A stretch of DNA of 64,000 nt, taken from positions 3,832 to 67,831 of the IMG/VR virus record IMGVR_UViG_3300048896_000095. One strand, 5' to 3'. A program made the position numbers and the translations under genes. The DNA comes from a virus. Taxonomy: Duplodnaviria > Caudoviricetes. Under the pieces are notes generated by a model. The model was not told the DNA's origin. It worked only from the letters and a program-made list of their open reading frames with translations, and did not search any database. The first letter of the stretch is position 1. The number at the start of each line of letters is the position of its first letter. Positions 1 through 8,669 of this stretch are shown piece by piece.

Positions 1-798
1 CTCGGGCCAGATCGGCTGCCAGCGCTCCGGCGGATCGTCGGGGTTGTGCACCGCCGAGTAGCGTTTCGACTTGAAGCCGGGCCGCGCCGCCAGCACGTGC
101 AGCAGATCGTCTGGATGCCACGGCGTGCCGATGACGAAGATCTTTCCGCCTTTTACTAGGCGGGTCAGCACCGTGGTGTCGAACCATTCGACAAGCTTCT
201 TGCGCTGCTCTTCGGTGCGCGCGTTGTCGAAATCGAGCACATCGTCCAGCACGATGAAGTCGAGGCGCGAACCGACGAGCGGACCGTACGCACCGATCGC
301 CTGCAGCGTCGGATCCTTCGCCACCGTGGTGCGCTCGACCACGATCCGGTCTTGCCTCCACGGATCCTCAGGCCGCGTGCTCGGGCGGAGCTCCGGAAAG
401 ATCTCGCGCACCCTCGGGTTGCGTTCGATGCTCGTGCGAATCTGACCGAGCAGTTTCTCGGCCATGGTCGCGGTGTTGCTGATCAGCGCGCCGCGCAGGT
501 TGGGGTTGTTGCCCAACATGTGCAGCGTTTTCCCGATCGCGATCGACTGGCTCTTGGCGTGCTCGACCGGCGCGATCAGCACCACCATCGGGTTCGCACG
601 GACGAGCTCGTGCCACTCGAAATGGAAGCTGGCATTGTGCAGCCGCTTCCCCGAACCTTCATCACGCAGCGCGTACTCTACGAAGTGAGCGCTTGAGACG
701 CGTGCGTACAGCCGGCTTTCCCGCTGCCTCGCTTTCGCTCTCTTCAGTTCACGTTGCCGCTCGAGTGCATCCGCATGCACCTGCGCCGCTGTCCGCAT
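1..798 (-). CDS. terL: Terminase large subunit, N-terminal ATPase half (runs off the left edge; absent from the ORF track)
   Basis: Own translation from ATG 798, which abuts the TAG of 799..2919: MRTAAQVHADALERQREL...APVEHAKSQ (Walker A-like), GSRLDFIVLDD (Walker B), FVIGTPWHPDDL (coupling motif). Open for 266 codons to base 1. Confidence 0.9.
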   Translation of the reverse strand, partial: MRTAAQVHADALERQRELKRAKARQRESRLYARVSSAHFVEYALRDEGSGKRLHNASFHFEWHELVRANPMVVLIAPVEHAKSQSIAIGKTLHMLGNNPNLRGALISNTATMAEKLLGQIRTSIERNPRVREIFPELRPSTRPEDPWRQDRIVVERTTVAKDPTLQAIGAYGPLVGSRLDFIVLDDVLDFDNARTEEQRKKLVEWFDTTVLTRLVKGGKIFVIGTPWHPDDLLHVLAARPGFKSKRYSAVHNPDDPPERWQPIWPE

Positions 799-2919
799 CT
801 ACGGAAAGCTACCCCAGAACAAGCCGCCGGTGTCGTCGGTGGCCCCATCGATCGCCAGCCGCGAACGCTGTCCGCGCGCCTGGCTGCCGATGGTAGCCCC
901 CACGACTACAGACACCGCAGCCGCAGAAACCTGCGCGCCGGCTACCGTAGCTACATGCGCGGCAACCCTCGCCCCTACCGTGAGAGCGCTCACTTGCGGC
1001 GCACAGCTGCTCGAAATCTGCGCCGGGATCGAAGTAACCACCGTAGCCGCGCCAGTCTGGTGGGGCGCCGTGCTGCCGATCGTGGCGCTCGCCAGGTTTT
1101 GCACCGTGAGGCTCGAAGCCTGCCCGCGCGCCGTGGTGGCGATCGTGGCCGTCCGCAGCCCGGTCAGCACCACGTTCGCCGCGCCCGTCTGCGGCGGGGC
1201 GGTGCAGGCAATCGCGGCGTGGGTGTCCACGTCGGCTGCCAGCGCCCCCGTCTGCGGCGCCGCCGAGCTCGTAAGAGCCGCGTGCGTATCCACATCGGCC
1301 GTCAGGCTTGAAGCCTGCGGCGGGGCCGTCGTGGCGGCGCTGGCGTGGCTCGTGGGGTGCTCAGCAGCCAGCGCCGAAGTCTGCGCCGGCGCTGTCGTGG
1401 CAATCGCTGCGTCTCGTTCGCTGTCGACCACCACCGTCAAAGCATCCTGCTGAGCAGGTGCCACCGTCGCGATCGTGGCGTGCGTATCCACGTCCGCCGC
1501 CAGGCTCGAAGTCTGCGGCGGTGCCGTGCTCGCCACGCTTGCGTGCGTGTCCACATCGGCCGTCAAGCTCGAAGCCTGCGGCGGCGCCGTGGTAGCGATC
1601 GTCGCGTTGTCGACGGGGCGCACCACCGTGGCCGAGCTGGTTTGCGGCGCCGCGACCGATGCGATCTGCGCGCGGTTCGCTACGCCCGTCAGCGCCGAAG
1701 TCTGCGCCGGAGCCATCGTTGCGATCGACGCATGCGTATCAACATCAGCAGCCAGCGAGCTCGTCTGCGGCGGAGCCGTCGTGGCGATGGTTGCATGCGT
1801 GTCAACGTCGGCCGTGAGCGCGCCAGTCTGGTGCGGCGCCGTCGTCGCGATCGTGGCGTGACTATCCACGTCGGCCGTGAGCGATTCCGTCTGCGGCGCG
1901 GCAACGCTACCGATCGTCACCGTGATCGCCCCGGTGTCCTGCACGAGCGCAGGAACCGGTTGGCTCCGGATCAACTCCGGAATGACCGACGGCTCTTCAC
2001 GGATCCAGGGTTGATTTAGCCCCCAGATCTTCGGAGACGTTGGCACCACCACCGGGATCAGAGCCTTCACCGGGCGGCTACGAACGTACGCTTCCTCTTC
2101 ACGCAACCAGGAGGGATTCAACCCTAGAATTTTGCGCGGAGCTGTTGGAGCAACCGGTGCAGCCAGCGCTGCTACGGCATGCGTTTTTGCCTGCCTGTCT
2201 TCTTCAAAAACAGAGCGAAGCCGCAGCGGCGGACCGTACACCTTCGGACGCGGTGTCGCGCCACCATCCTTCACGCCAATGATGAACGTGACCGCTTCAT
2301 CGCTGATCGTGTTGCCGCCCGTACCATCGTCCGTAAAGCTCGCATCGTACGTGCCGGTGGCAGTGACGATCTGATAGGCAGCACCACCCGTGAAAAATGT
2401 GGTGCCGTCGGTTAGCGTCTCCACCTCGGTGAAGCCCGACCACGAACGTGCCTCGGTGCCGCTGTTGAACGTGGCCGTGAACCCAACCAGGATCTCGTTT
2501 GCCGCCGTCGTAGTGATCGAACCGGAAGAGAACGGATTAGTTAGATCCGAAGCCCCCGTGAATTGATCCACCGTCGTCGGGCTCGTGAAGCCAAGCAATT
2601 CGACAAAGAAGACGCTGCCACCTTCACCCGCGCCCACCGTCGCGGTGAAAATGTGGCCGACCTTGCCGACGCCTTCGACGCACTTGTAGATCGCCGCCTT
2701 CCCGTTTCCGTCGAGCGAAAACGAGATAGGCGATCCCATCGCCACGTAGGTATTCGGTGGCGTCGCGTTGTCCGTCACCGAGACGGGCGCTGATGACGAG
2801 CCGTACCAAATCACAACCGCGAGATAAATGCTGCCCGCGCCGCCGGTCGCGTTGACCGTGTTCGTGCTCAGCGTCTGAGCGAACGCGCCTTTCGAATGTA
2901 CGCCGATCGATTGCGCCAT
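799..2919 (-). CDS. 706-aa Ala/Thr-rich putative virion fibre/surface protein with tandem repeats
   Basis: Thr/Gly/Ser-rich beta-type N-terminal domain of about 220 aa, three short P(R/K)xxG..W.REE motifs, then 17 repeats of about 21 aa. Stop codon abuts the terL ATG. Confidence 0.7.
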   Translation of the reverse strand: MAQSIGVHSKGAFAQTLSTNTVNATGGAGSIYLAVVIWYGSSSAPVSVTDNATPPNTYVAMGSPISFSLDGNGKAAIYKCVEGVGKVGHIFTATVGAGEGGSVFFVELLGFTSPTTVDQFTGASDLTNPFSSGSITTTAANEILVGFTATFNSGTEARSWSGFTEVETLTDGTTFFTGGAAYQIVTATGTYDASFTDDGTGGNTISDEAVTFIIGVKDGGATPRPKVYGPPLRLRSVFEEDRQAKTHAVAALAAPVAPTAPRKILGLNPSWLREEEAYVRSRPVKALIPVVVPTSPKIWGLNQPWIREEPSVIPELIRSQPVPALVQDTGAITVTIGSVAAPQTESLTADVDSHATIATTAPHQTGALTADVDTHATIATTAPPQTSSLAADVDTHASIATMAPAQTSALTGVANRAQIASVAAPQTSSATVVRPVDNATIATTAPPQASSLTADVDTHASVASTAPPQTSSLAADVDTHATIATVAPAQQDALTVVVDSERDAAIATTAPAQTSALAAEHPTSHASAATTAPPQASSLTADVDTHAALTSSAAPQTGALAADVDTHAAIACTAPPQTGAANVVLTGLRTATIATTARGQASSLTVQNLASATIGSTAPHQTGAATVVTSIPAQISSSCAPQVSALTVGARVAAHVATVAGAQVSAAAVSVVVGATIGSQARGQRSRLAIDGATDDTGGLFWGSFP
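844..1926 (-). repeat. Coding tandem repeat, 17 units of about 63 bp (consensus ATIATTAPPQTSSLAADVDTH)
   Basis: Units counted directly in the translation; Gln at unit position 10 is invariant. Confidence 0.9.
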
Positions 2920-3687
2920 TTAGGACCCCGTCCAATAGCGAACATAATCCACGTACATCACGCCCGAATCGGCGCCGCCCGTCCACGAGGCGTTATCGAA
3001 AAGCATGTACTCAATTGCGCCCAGCGCGGGGTTTGCAATCGCCGTTGTGAAGTTCAGCTTCAACACGCCATCAACGTAAAACTTGTAGAAACCCGTCTGC
3101 CAGTTCAGGCCGTAGACATGCCAGTCACCATCCGAAACACCACAGGCCTGATCGACGACCTGATGGTTTGCGCCGTAGCCGTTCCAGTGAACGTGGTGCT
3201 CAATCGTGGTTGGGCCAGCGCCAAAAGGACTGCCCTCGGCGATATCCATTTCGGTACCGTCAACCGATGGCGTCAGCGTGTTGCCGTTGTTGTGGGACTG
3301 CAGCCACCACGCAGGCCAGCCGCCGGCGCCGGGCATCTTGATCCGTGACTCGAGGTAGCCACAACCTGGCTGCCACTTGCCTTCCGAGCAAATGCCACCG
3401 CCAAAGGCTTGCCCCGCAGCGTTATCAACCGTGATGATCAGCTGACTGCCGGACACCGCGACGTTCTGCGGCCGCCAGATCTGATCGCCGAAACCATCGG
3501 CGACGTTGCCCGGATCTTGCGCACTGCCGAGCAAAAACCATTTGTTGGCGTCGACTGAGCTCCCGTCGAATTCATCACGGAAGCTCAGGCTCCACGAACC
3601 AGCAACGCCCAGCGGCACCGGCACAGCGGGCACGTGGATCGGACCCCGCGCCCCGCCCCCTGGTCTACCAATTGGCGGCATGGGCAC
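2920..3687 (-). CDS. Glycoside hydrolase family 16 (beta-glucanase/laminarinase-like)
   Basis: WSLSFRDEFDGSSVDANKW, GYLESRIKMPGAGGWPAWWL, catalytic EMDIAE (ExDxxE), WHVYGLNW, MYVDYVRYW. Confidence 0.9.
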   Translation of the reverse strand: MPMPPIGRPGGGARGPIHVPAVPVPLGVAGSWSLSFRDEFDGSSVDANKWFLLGSAQDPGNVADGFGDQIWRPQNVAVSGSQLIITVDNAAGQAFGGGICSEGKWQPGCGYLESRIKMPGAGGWPAWWLQSHNNGNTLTPSVDGTEMDIAEGSPFGAGPTTIEHHVHWNGYGANHQVVDQACGVSDGDWHVYGLNWQTGFYKFYVDGVLKLNFTTAIANPALGAIEYMLFDNASWTGGADSGVMYVDYVRYWTGS

Positions 3688-3695
3688 TCGTGCCC

Positions 3696-4136
3696 TTACT
3701 CGTCATAGACCACGGACACGAGCAGCTGACCGGCAGTGGAACCGCCGCGGTTCCAGATCGTGCGCCAGCCTGCGATCTTCAAAACGTCGGCCGCGTCCTT
3801 GGGCCATGCCCAAACCCAACCAGAGCCAATCACCGCAGCGAGCACCGTTCCGTTGCGGAACACGCTCGGGGCCGTGGGCGCCGTCGACCACGCGGTACCG
3901 ATTCGCGCGGTCGCCGCAATGTCTGCCGGGTCGCCTTCTGGCGTGGTCGAAGTGGACACCACCGGCGGAGTTGCTTCGTTCGCCGGCGTGCCATAGTCGA
4001 CTTGACTCAGCACAGCGGTAACGAGGCTCACGTCGATTTCGCGAACCCATGCCCGGCGCGTTGCGGAATTGAGCGTCCAGTAAGCAGCCGCGTTTGCGGG
4101 AGTAGCCGACAACACACCGTTTCTATACGTGGGCAT
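3696..4136 (-). CDS. Hypothetical protein, likely virion structural
   Basis: 146-aa ORF, Ala/Thr/Val-rich beta-type composition, tightly packed in the operon. Confidence 0.55.
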   Translation of the reverse strand: MPTYRNGVLSATPANAAAYWTLNSATRRAWVREIDVSLVTAVLSQVDYGTPANEATPPVVSTSTTPEGDPADIAATARIGTAWSTAPTAPSVFRNGTVLAAVIGSGWVWAWPKDAADVLKIAGWRTIWNRGGSTAGQLLVSVVYDE

Positions 4137-4455
4137 TTTGCATCATCGCCTTTCTCGCGATCTCGATTCCGTTTGCGTGAAGGTACTGCTCCACCGATGT
4201 GCGAACGTGACGGCGCAGCTCGTCACCTTCCACCAGACGACCGGGAGCCAGCGGGTTCTTGCGAGACTCTGCAACCAGCGCGACACCGAGCGCAGGACGA
4301 CCGTTCAGGATCGGGTGACCAAAAGCGAAGCGCACAAACGGCGCTTGGCCCTTCCACACAATCGAGATCTCCGCCGAATCGCAGTCTGCGATGTCGTCAG
4401 TCCAGCGCCGCACGCTATCTAACGTGCGGGGTTCGAAGTCGGCCGGGTACAGCAT
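4123..4455 (-). CDS. Hypothetical protein
   Basis: 110-aa ORF filling the gap on the operon strand. Confidence 0.55.
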   Translation of the reverse strand: MLYPADFEPRTLDSVRRWTDDIADCDSAEISIVWKGQAPFVRFAFGHPILNGRPALGVALVAESRKNPLAPGRLVEGDELRRHVRTSVEQYLHANGIEIARKAMMQNAHV

Positions 4456-4458
4456 CGC

Positions 4459-4815
4459 TCAGAACTTGGTGTTGACGGCGCCTTCGCGCAGCAGCGCTTT
4501 CAGAATTTGGAGACGGTAGGAGTCGACCAGCTCAGGCGTGAGCGGTGCAACAAGCTCAGGAGGGCACGGTTGCGGGTTGAGATCCTGCCCACGGCTGCGC
4601 GCTTCACGAACGAGCAGCTCCTGCTCACGGTCCCACGCGAGCTCGTCAACATCCTTCAACTTGCGCCCGAGCGTATGCGCTTCGGCGTCGGAAACGAACC
4701 CGACGGCCAGCGTGCGCGCCTTCTCGTCGAGCGTTTCTTTCCACTCGAGCGCGCATCCCGTGCGCACCAGCGCGACCTCTTCGATCGCGATCTTCAAGCG
4801 TTCGACCGTTGACAT
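4459..4815 (-). CDS. Hypothetical helical protein
   Basis: 118-aa ORF, charged and helical, close-packed. Confidence 0.6.
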   Translation of the reverse strand: MSTVERLKIAIEEVALVRTGCALEWKETLDEKARTLAVGFVSDAEAHTLGRKLKDVDELAWDREQELLVREARSRGQDLNPQPCPPELVAPLTPELVDSYRLQILKALLREGAVNTKF

Positions 4816-4825
4816 GTTGCTCCGT

Positions 4826-5200
4826 TCAGGTTGCAGGCTGCGTGTGCGTGAAGGCCGTGAGGTTGACCGTTTGGCCGCTGGCGATGCTGGTGTTGTCCAG
4901 GATCATGTCTGTGCCGCTGGTCCCCGCCGTGCCCGACCAAAGCACGTTGTTGTCCGAGTCGAGAACCTGAAAGCCGTCGGCGGTACCGGAAGCTACGGCC
5001 GTGCCGCTCTTCGGCAAGCTCGCTGCCGTCGCCACGCCTGCCGACGCTGAACCGAACGCCGGATCTGCCAGCGTGATGTCAACCAGCGTGGTCGAACCCG
5101 CACGGATCCGAACCTTGCCCGCGCCGGAGCCTTGATCCACGAGATCCACCACGGCATCACACGCGGCGTTACGGGCAGCAGTCGAAAGGGTTACGGCCAT
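4826..5200 (-). CDS. Putative virion structural protein
   Basis: MAVTLSTAARNAACDAVVD...ITLADPAFG...MILDNTSIASGQTV; resembles small phage tail-associated proteins (recalled, not searched). Confidence 0.65.
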   Translation of the reverse strand: MAVTLSTAARNAACDAVVDLVDQGSGAGKVRIRAGSTTLVDITLADPAFGSASAGVATAASLPKSGTAVASGTADGFQVLDSDNNVLWSGTAGTSGTDMILDNTSIASGQTVNLTAFTHTQPAT

Positions 5201-5212
5201 GGTCTCTCCGAA

Positions 5213-5761
5213 TCAGCTTGCGAATGGGGTGGCGGTCGCACGGAAGATGCCCGCGCGATCGGGGTAAACGTTGATCGTCCAAACGGGGCTCGTCGTCAGG
5301 TCCGGACCCGAGCCGGTGAAAAGGATGTTCGTGAACGTCACCGCCTGCGTGTCGGTTCCGAACAGCAAAAGCTGGAAGTGTCCCGAGCCGCCGGGGGGCG
5401 CCGCGTTCGGCAGAATCGTGATCGTGCAGGGAACGCTCAGCGTCGCGCGCGCGCTTTGTGAAGCTGCCAGATCCCAGCTCAGCGCCGCGCCCACCGTGCC
5501 GTAGTCCAGCTCTTCGAAGCTGACCGTCTTGACCTTCAGCGCGCCGCCGGCGCCGCCGTAGTACCCAAGCGCGAAGCTGTCACCGACTGCATCGGGCACC
5601 TCGTCCAGCTCGTACAGTTTCGCCGCGTTGGCCCCCATGGCTTCGATCACCTGCGCCGCCGTCAGCGCCAGCACGACGCCGGAGCCAGCCGGCAACACCC
5701 CACGAAAGGGGAAGGCTAGCGGGAGCGGTGAGCTGTTCGGGTTCCGGATCCGTACGGCCAT
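5213..5761 (-). CDS. Putative fibre/tail-associated protein
   Basis: C-terminal SWDLAASQSARATLSVPCTITI...FQLLLF...VTF resembles fibre-tip beta-sandwiches. ATG 5761 chosen over TTG 5770. Confidence 0.5.
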   Translation of the reverse strand: MAVRIRNPNSSPLPLAFPFRGVLPAGSGVVLALTAAQVIEAMGANAAKLYELDEVPDAVGDSFALGYYGGAGGALKVKTVSFEELDYGTVGAALSWDLAASQSARATLSVPCTITILPNAAPPGGSGHFQLLLFGTDTQAVTFTNILFTGSGPDLTTSPVWTINVYPDRAGIFRATATPFAS

Positions 5762-5795
5762 CCCGGGCAAGGTAACAGAGCCCTGCCAGGTGGCG

Positions 5796-6452
5796 CTAGT
5801 CCCGTACGGTTTGGGGCTCTTTCGCCAGCACTTTGAAGCTCAGCACCCACACCAGCGGGTTTGCTTCCCAGCTCGCCAGGCCGTTGATCCCCACCCACAG
5901 AATCCGGAACGCTTTCCGCGCCGAGTAGCTATCCCCCGGCGCGAAGCCTTCCGCCAGCGCGTCCTCTTCGCTGATCTCTTGCGCGCGCTCGACTTGCACG
6001 CCCGTGAGCTCCAGCAGGATCCGAGCGTGCACGCGCTTCAGGTGGATCCCCGGCTTCCACTTCCAGCACGATGGATCGTGCTCGTCAGCACGAAAGATCA
6101 CCGGCGTGGGCGGATCGGCCACGTCGAGAATGCTGCGCGCCGGCGTTGTGTCGGCCGCTCGCCATGTCTCGCGCACCCACAGCCGATCGCCTTCGGCACC
6201 GTACGGACACTTCACGTGGTCGCTGTTGTCGTCTGGATAGTCGGGGCCCACCTCACACCAGAGCCCACGATCGCCAAACGGCACCGGGTCCGGTGGCGGT
6301 GAAACGCCATACATTTTCTGCAGGTAGTGGCTCGAGTGTTTGAGCCGCAACGGCTCTTTGCCTCGCTTCACTACCCGCCGCGTCATGACCTTCCGATCCT
6401 CCAGGATCGCGTTGACCATTTCGCCAGTGAACAGGATCCCTCGCGCCTTCAT
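5796..6452 (-). CDS. ASCH/PUA-like phage protein
   Basis: Start at ATG 6452 (ATGA overlap with the upstream stop): MKARGILFTGEMVNAILEDRKVMTRRVVK, GDRLWVRETW, ERAQEISEEDALAEG, W.ANPLVWV. Confidence 0.8.
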   Translation of the reverse strand: MKARGILFTGEMVNAILEDRKVMTRRVVKRGKEPLRLKHSSHYLQKMYGVSPPPDPVPFGDRGLWCEVGPDYPDDNSDHVKCPYGAEGDRLWVRETWRAADTTPARSILDVADPPTPVIFRADEHDPSCWKWKPGIHLKRVHARILLELTGVQVERAQEISEEDALAEGFAPGDSYSARKAFRILWVGINGLASWEANPLVWVLSFKVLAKEPQTVRD

Positions 6453-7066
6453 CCGAAGTGAACCCGAGCCGCAGCAATCGCGGCGTTCAGCTCCACGAAC
6501 GCGGCATCGCTGCCGCCGTTGCGGTCCGGGTGCGCGCTCTTGGCGAGCTCGCGAAACTTCGCCTCCATCATCGTGAGATCCACGAAGCCGCCCTCGATCG
6601 CTTGCTGCTTCACGCCGAGCACCTCCCACCAGGGGCGAGCCGCCGGCGCCGAGTCTGCCGCCGGCAACGCTCCAAACGCCGTGAACACGCGATCCAGGAT
6701 CTGCGAAGCTCCAGCGCGATCGACAGCGCGAAGCGCCTCCAGCGCTTTCCCGATGGCGTAAGCGTTGTGATAAACGCGCTGCCACTTGTCGCACGCGATC
6801 ACGCGGTCCTTGAACTGAGCTGTCGAGTAGTACACCGCAACGCCCGGATCTTCCGTGCTGCGCGCCTGGTTCGCGTACATCTCGCCGTTGCGCTTCAGTT
6901 CGATGTTGCTGCTGATCACGATGTTGGTTGCACGAAAGAGCCGGAGCGCATGCTCCAGAAACTTCAGCGCCTGCCCATCGGTAACGCGATAGCGCGGCTT
7001 CTCGCGCGCGTTGGGGTGCGTGCGCTTCCAGTCCTCGGGCCACTGCAGCGGGAAGGCTTCGGGCAT
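6449..7066 (-). CDS. Phage J-domain (DnaJ-like) protein
   Basis: Start ATG 7066 (TGATG overlap): MPEAFPLQWP...DPGVAVYY...IACDKW; C-terminal WWEVLGV...AHPDRNGGSDAAFVELNAA with the HPD motif. Confidence 0.85.
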   Translation of the reverse strand: MPEAFPLQWPEDWKRTHPNAREKPRYRVTDGQALKFLEHALRLFRATNIVISSNIELKRNGEMYANQARSTEDPGVAVYYSTAQFKDRVIACDKWQRVYHNAYAIGKALEALRAVDRAGASQILDRVFTAFGALPAADSAPAARPWWEVLGVKQQAIEGGFVDLTMMEAKFRELAKSAHPDRNGGSDAAFVELNAAIAAARVHFG

Positions 7067-7302
7067 CAGCCGACCTTTCGGTGCTGGGCCGCATTCGGAC
7101 AAGTGGCGTGGTGTGGCATGTACGTGTCCACCACGCTGGACTTGGGCTGCACCTTGCCCTCCTGTTTCGTGAAAATGATTCGCTTCACGGGCTTGGCGTC
7201 AACCGGCTGCGGCTTGCCCGCTTCAGTCTCGGCCCAAATGATCTCGGCCCCGCAGCTGCCGCACTTCGTGATCGGAAACTCAGGCGGTTTCGTTTTTGCC
7301 AT
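7066..7302 (-). CDS. Small Zn-binding phage protein
   Basis: ATG 7302 with GGAAGG upstream; CGSCGAEIIW...PVD...HHATCP. Confidence 0.75.
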   Translation of the reverse strand: MAKTKPPEFPITKCGSCGAEIIWAETEAGKPQPVDAKPVKRIIFTKQEGKVQPKSSVVDTYMPHHATCPNAAQHRKVG

Positions 7303-7885
7303 CTTCTTTCCTTCCGTCGACTTCATCACCGAACGCATGCCAGCGCTCGCGCCGCTTTCGAGCGAACAGATCGCCGCGCTCGCCCTCGGGGCAGAGCTGA
7401 TCGACCAGGTCGTAAAACGCCTGTGGCTTCTCGCTGTGCTCACCCACTGCAGCGTCGAACGACAAGCCGCCGGCGTTGCCACCGTCGAACAGCACCGAGC
7501 GGATCGCGTGATCCTTGATCAGCTCGCGACCAGCGCCGCGCGCGCCGATGATGCAGAGCTCGTGAGCAAGCCGCACGTAGCGGCCCATCCCCATGTGGAG
7601 ATTTCCGCTCGTGTTCGCCTGCATCTTCACCCACACGATCTCCGACTTCGGGACGTGCTTCCAGGCGCGCATCACCCGCAGCGCTTCCTCCTGCATCGCG
7701 CTGACTCGCCACATAAACAGCAGCGAGTCCGTTTTCATCGGAGGGATCGGAAAGCGCTGCAGGTCGAAAATGCTCAGCGTCGTGTAGTGCTTCGCGGCAC
7801 CACGGCCACCGCCGGGCAGCTTGTCGCCGAGCGGCCACGGCGGATCAGCACAGAGGATATCGAGCTCGGGGCAATCGTATTTCAA
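7280..7885 (-). CDS. MT-A70 family adenine methyltransferase
   Basis: DILCADPPW, HYTTLS, LFMW, IVWVK, GMGRYVRLAHELCIIG, HSEKP, DLFAR, WHAFGDEV. TTG 7885 overlaps the upstream TGA. Confidence 0.9.
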   Translation of the reverse strand: MKYDCPELDILCADPPWPLGDKLPGGGRGAAKHYTTLSIFDLQRFPIPPMKTDSLLFMWRVSAMQEEALRVMRAWKHVPKSEIVWVKMQANTSGNLHMGMGRYVRLAHELCIIGARGAGRELIKDHAIRSVLFDGGNAGGLSFDAAVGEHSEKPQAFYDLVDQLCPEGERGDLFARKRRERWHAFGDEVDGRKEDGKNETA

Positions 7886-8457
7886 AACGGGATCTCGTCG
7901 GCGGTGTCTTCGCCTGTTGCAGTGAACGCGCCGAGCTTGAACCCATACTCCAGCAGCGCGTACACCTTGTAGGGGTCTTTCCATTCCGCTTCATCGGGGC
8001 CGTAGCCTTCGATCCCCACGAGCACCGAAGGCGTCGCCGGCATGGCTTGGCGCGCCTCGCCATGGCACTTCTTGCCATCCCACAGCGCCCAGATCACGAC
8101 CGTGGCTTGACCTGACTTGCGGAGCTCACAGGGCAGCACCGGCGGACTGTTCTTGTTCTCTTGGTAATAGAAGCACTGCACCATCACCGCTTCGTCCACC
8201 GAGGCTTTGATCTCGGCGATCCGCTGCAGCGAGCACGCGGCATCGTAGGGCGTCACCTCGTCACCAAGCGGATTCTTGAACAGGCCGTTGTCGCTGATCG
8301 TCCACTTGTCGACGGGCAAGCCGCCGGCGGTCGCCCATTCCTTGAACGCTGCCAGCAGCTTGTCGTTCAGCGCATGGCGCTGCGCCTGCGCTAGCTGTTC
8401 CGTGGGGTCGGGCTCCGCCACCGGAAACGTGGCTGCTTCCAGATCCAGCCCGCTCAC
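7882..8457 (-). CDS. Hypothetical protein ending in an SSB-like acidic tail (EDTADEIPF)
   Basis: GTG 8457 forms a GTGA overlap with the upstream stop (track start 8565 is an alternative); C-terminus is DEIPF. Confidence 0.65.
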   Translation of the reverse strand: MSGLDLEAATFPVAEPDPTEQLAQAQRHALNDKLLAAFKEWATAGGLPVDKWTISDNGLFKNPLGDEVTPYDAACSLQRIAEIKASVDEAVMVQCFYYQENKNSPPVLPCELRKSGQATVVIWALWDGKKCHGEARQAMPATPSVLVGIEGYGPDEAEWKDPYKVYALLEYGFKLGAFTATGEDTADEIPF

Positions 8458-8621
8458 CTGTGCCTCCGTCGCGTGTAACCGCCTTCGGAGAGCATCTTCG
8501 AAAGCGAGGTCGACAGGGATACTTTCCTCCCACCACCGTCTCGGCTGTAGATTGCTAGCGGCCATGCCACCTCGTGGATCGTGATGCGCGAATCCTTCGC
8601 GACGTACACACCGGGGTCCAT
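8454..8621 (-). CDS. Small hypothetical protein (55 aa)
   Basis: ATG 8621 preceded by hairpin + GCAGGAAGGTAAG; stop coupled to the next GTG. Confidence 0.6.
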   Translation of the reverse strand: MDPGVYVAKDSRITIHEVAWPLAIYSRDGGGRKVSLSTSLSKMLSEGGYTRRRHR

Positions 8622-8669
8622 CTTTTCGCTTACCTTCCTGCGGGGATTAGGTCGCCCCGCCATCGTTGA

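Noticed and set aside
844-1926. Regularly spaced repeats resembling a CRISPR array
   Set aside because: The units are in-frame degenerate coding repeats without unique spacers, and no cas genes are present.
4430-4440. GGTTCGAA T-loop-like sequence (also near 55921)
   Set aside because: Both lie inside coding regions and no cloverleaf could be built around them.
5796-7094. 432-aa track ORF as a single gene (similarly 47623..48978, 55790..56545, 12185..12916, 45146..46078)
   Set aside because: The N-terminal extensions overlap other clear genes or terminators; internal starts with stop/start overlaps give the real genes.
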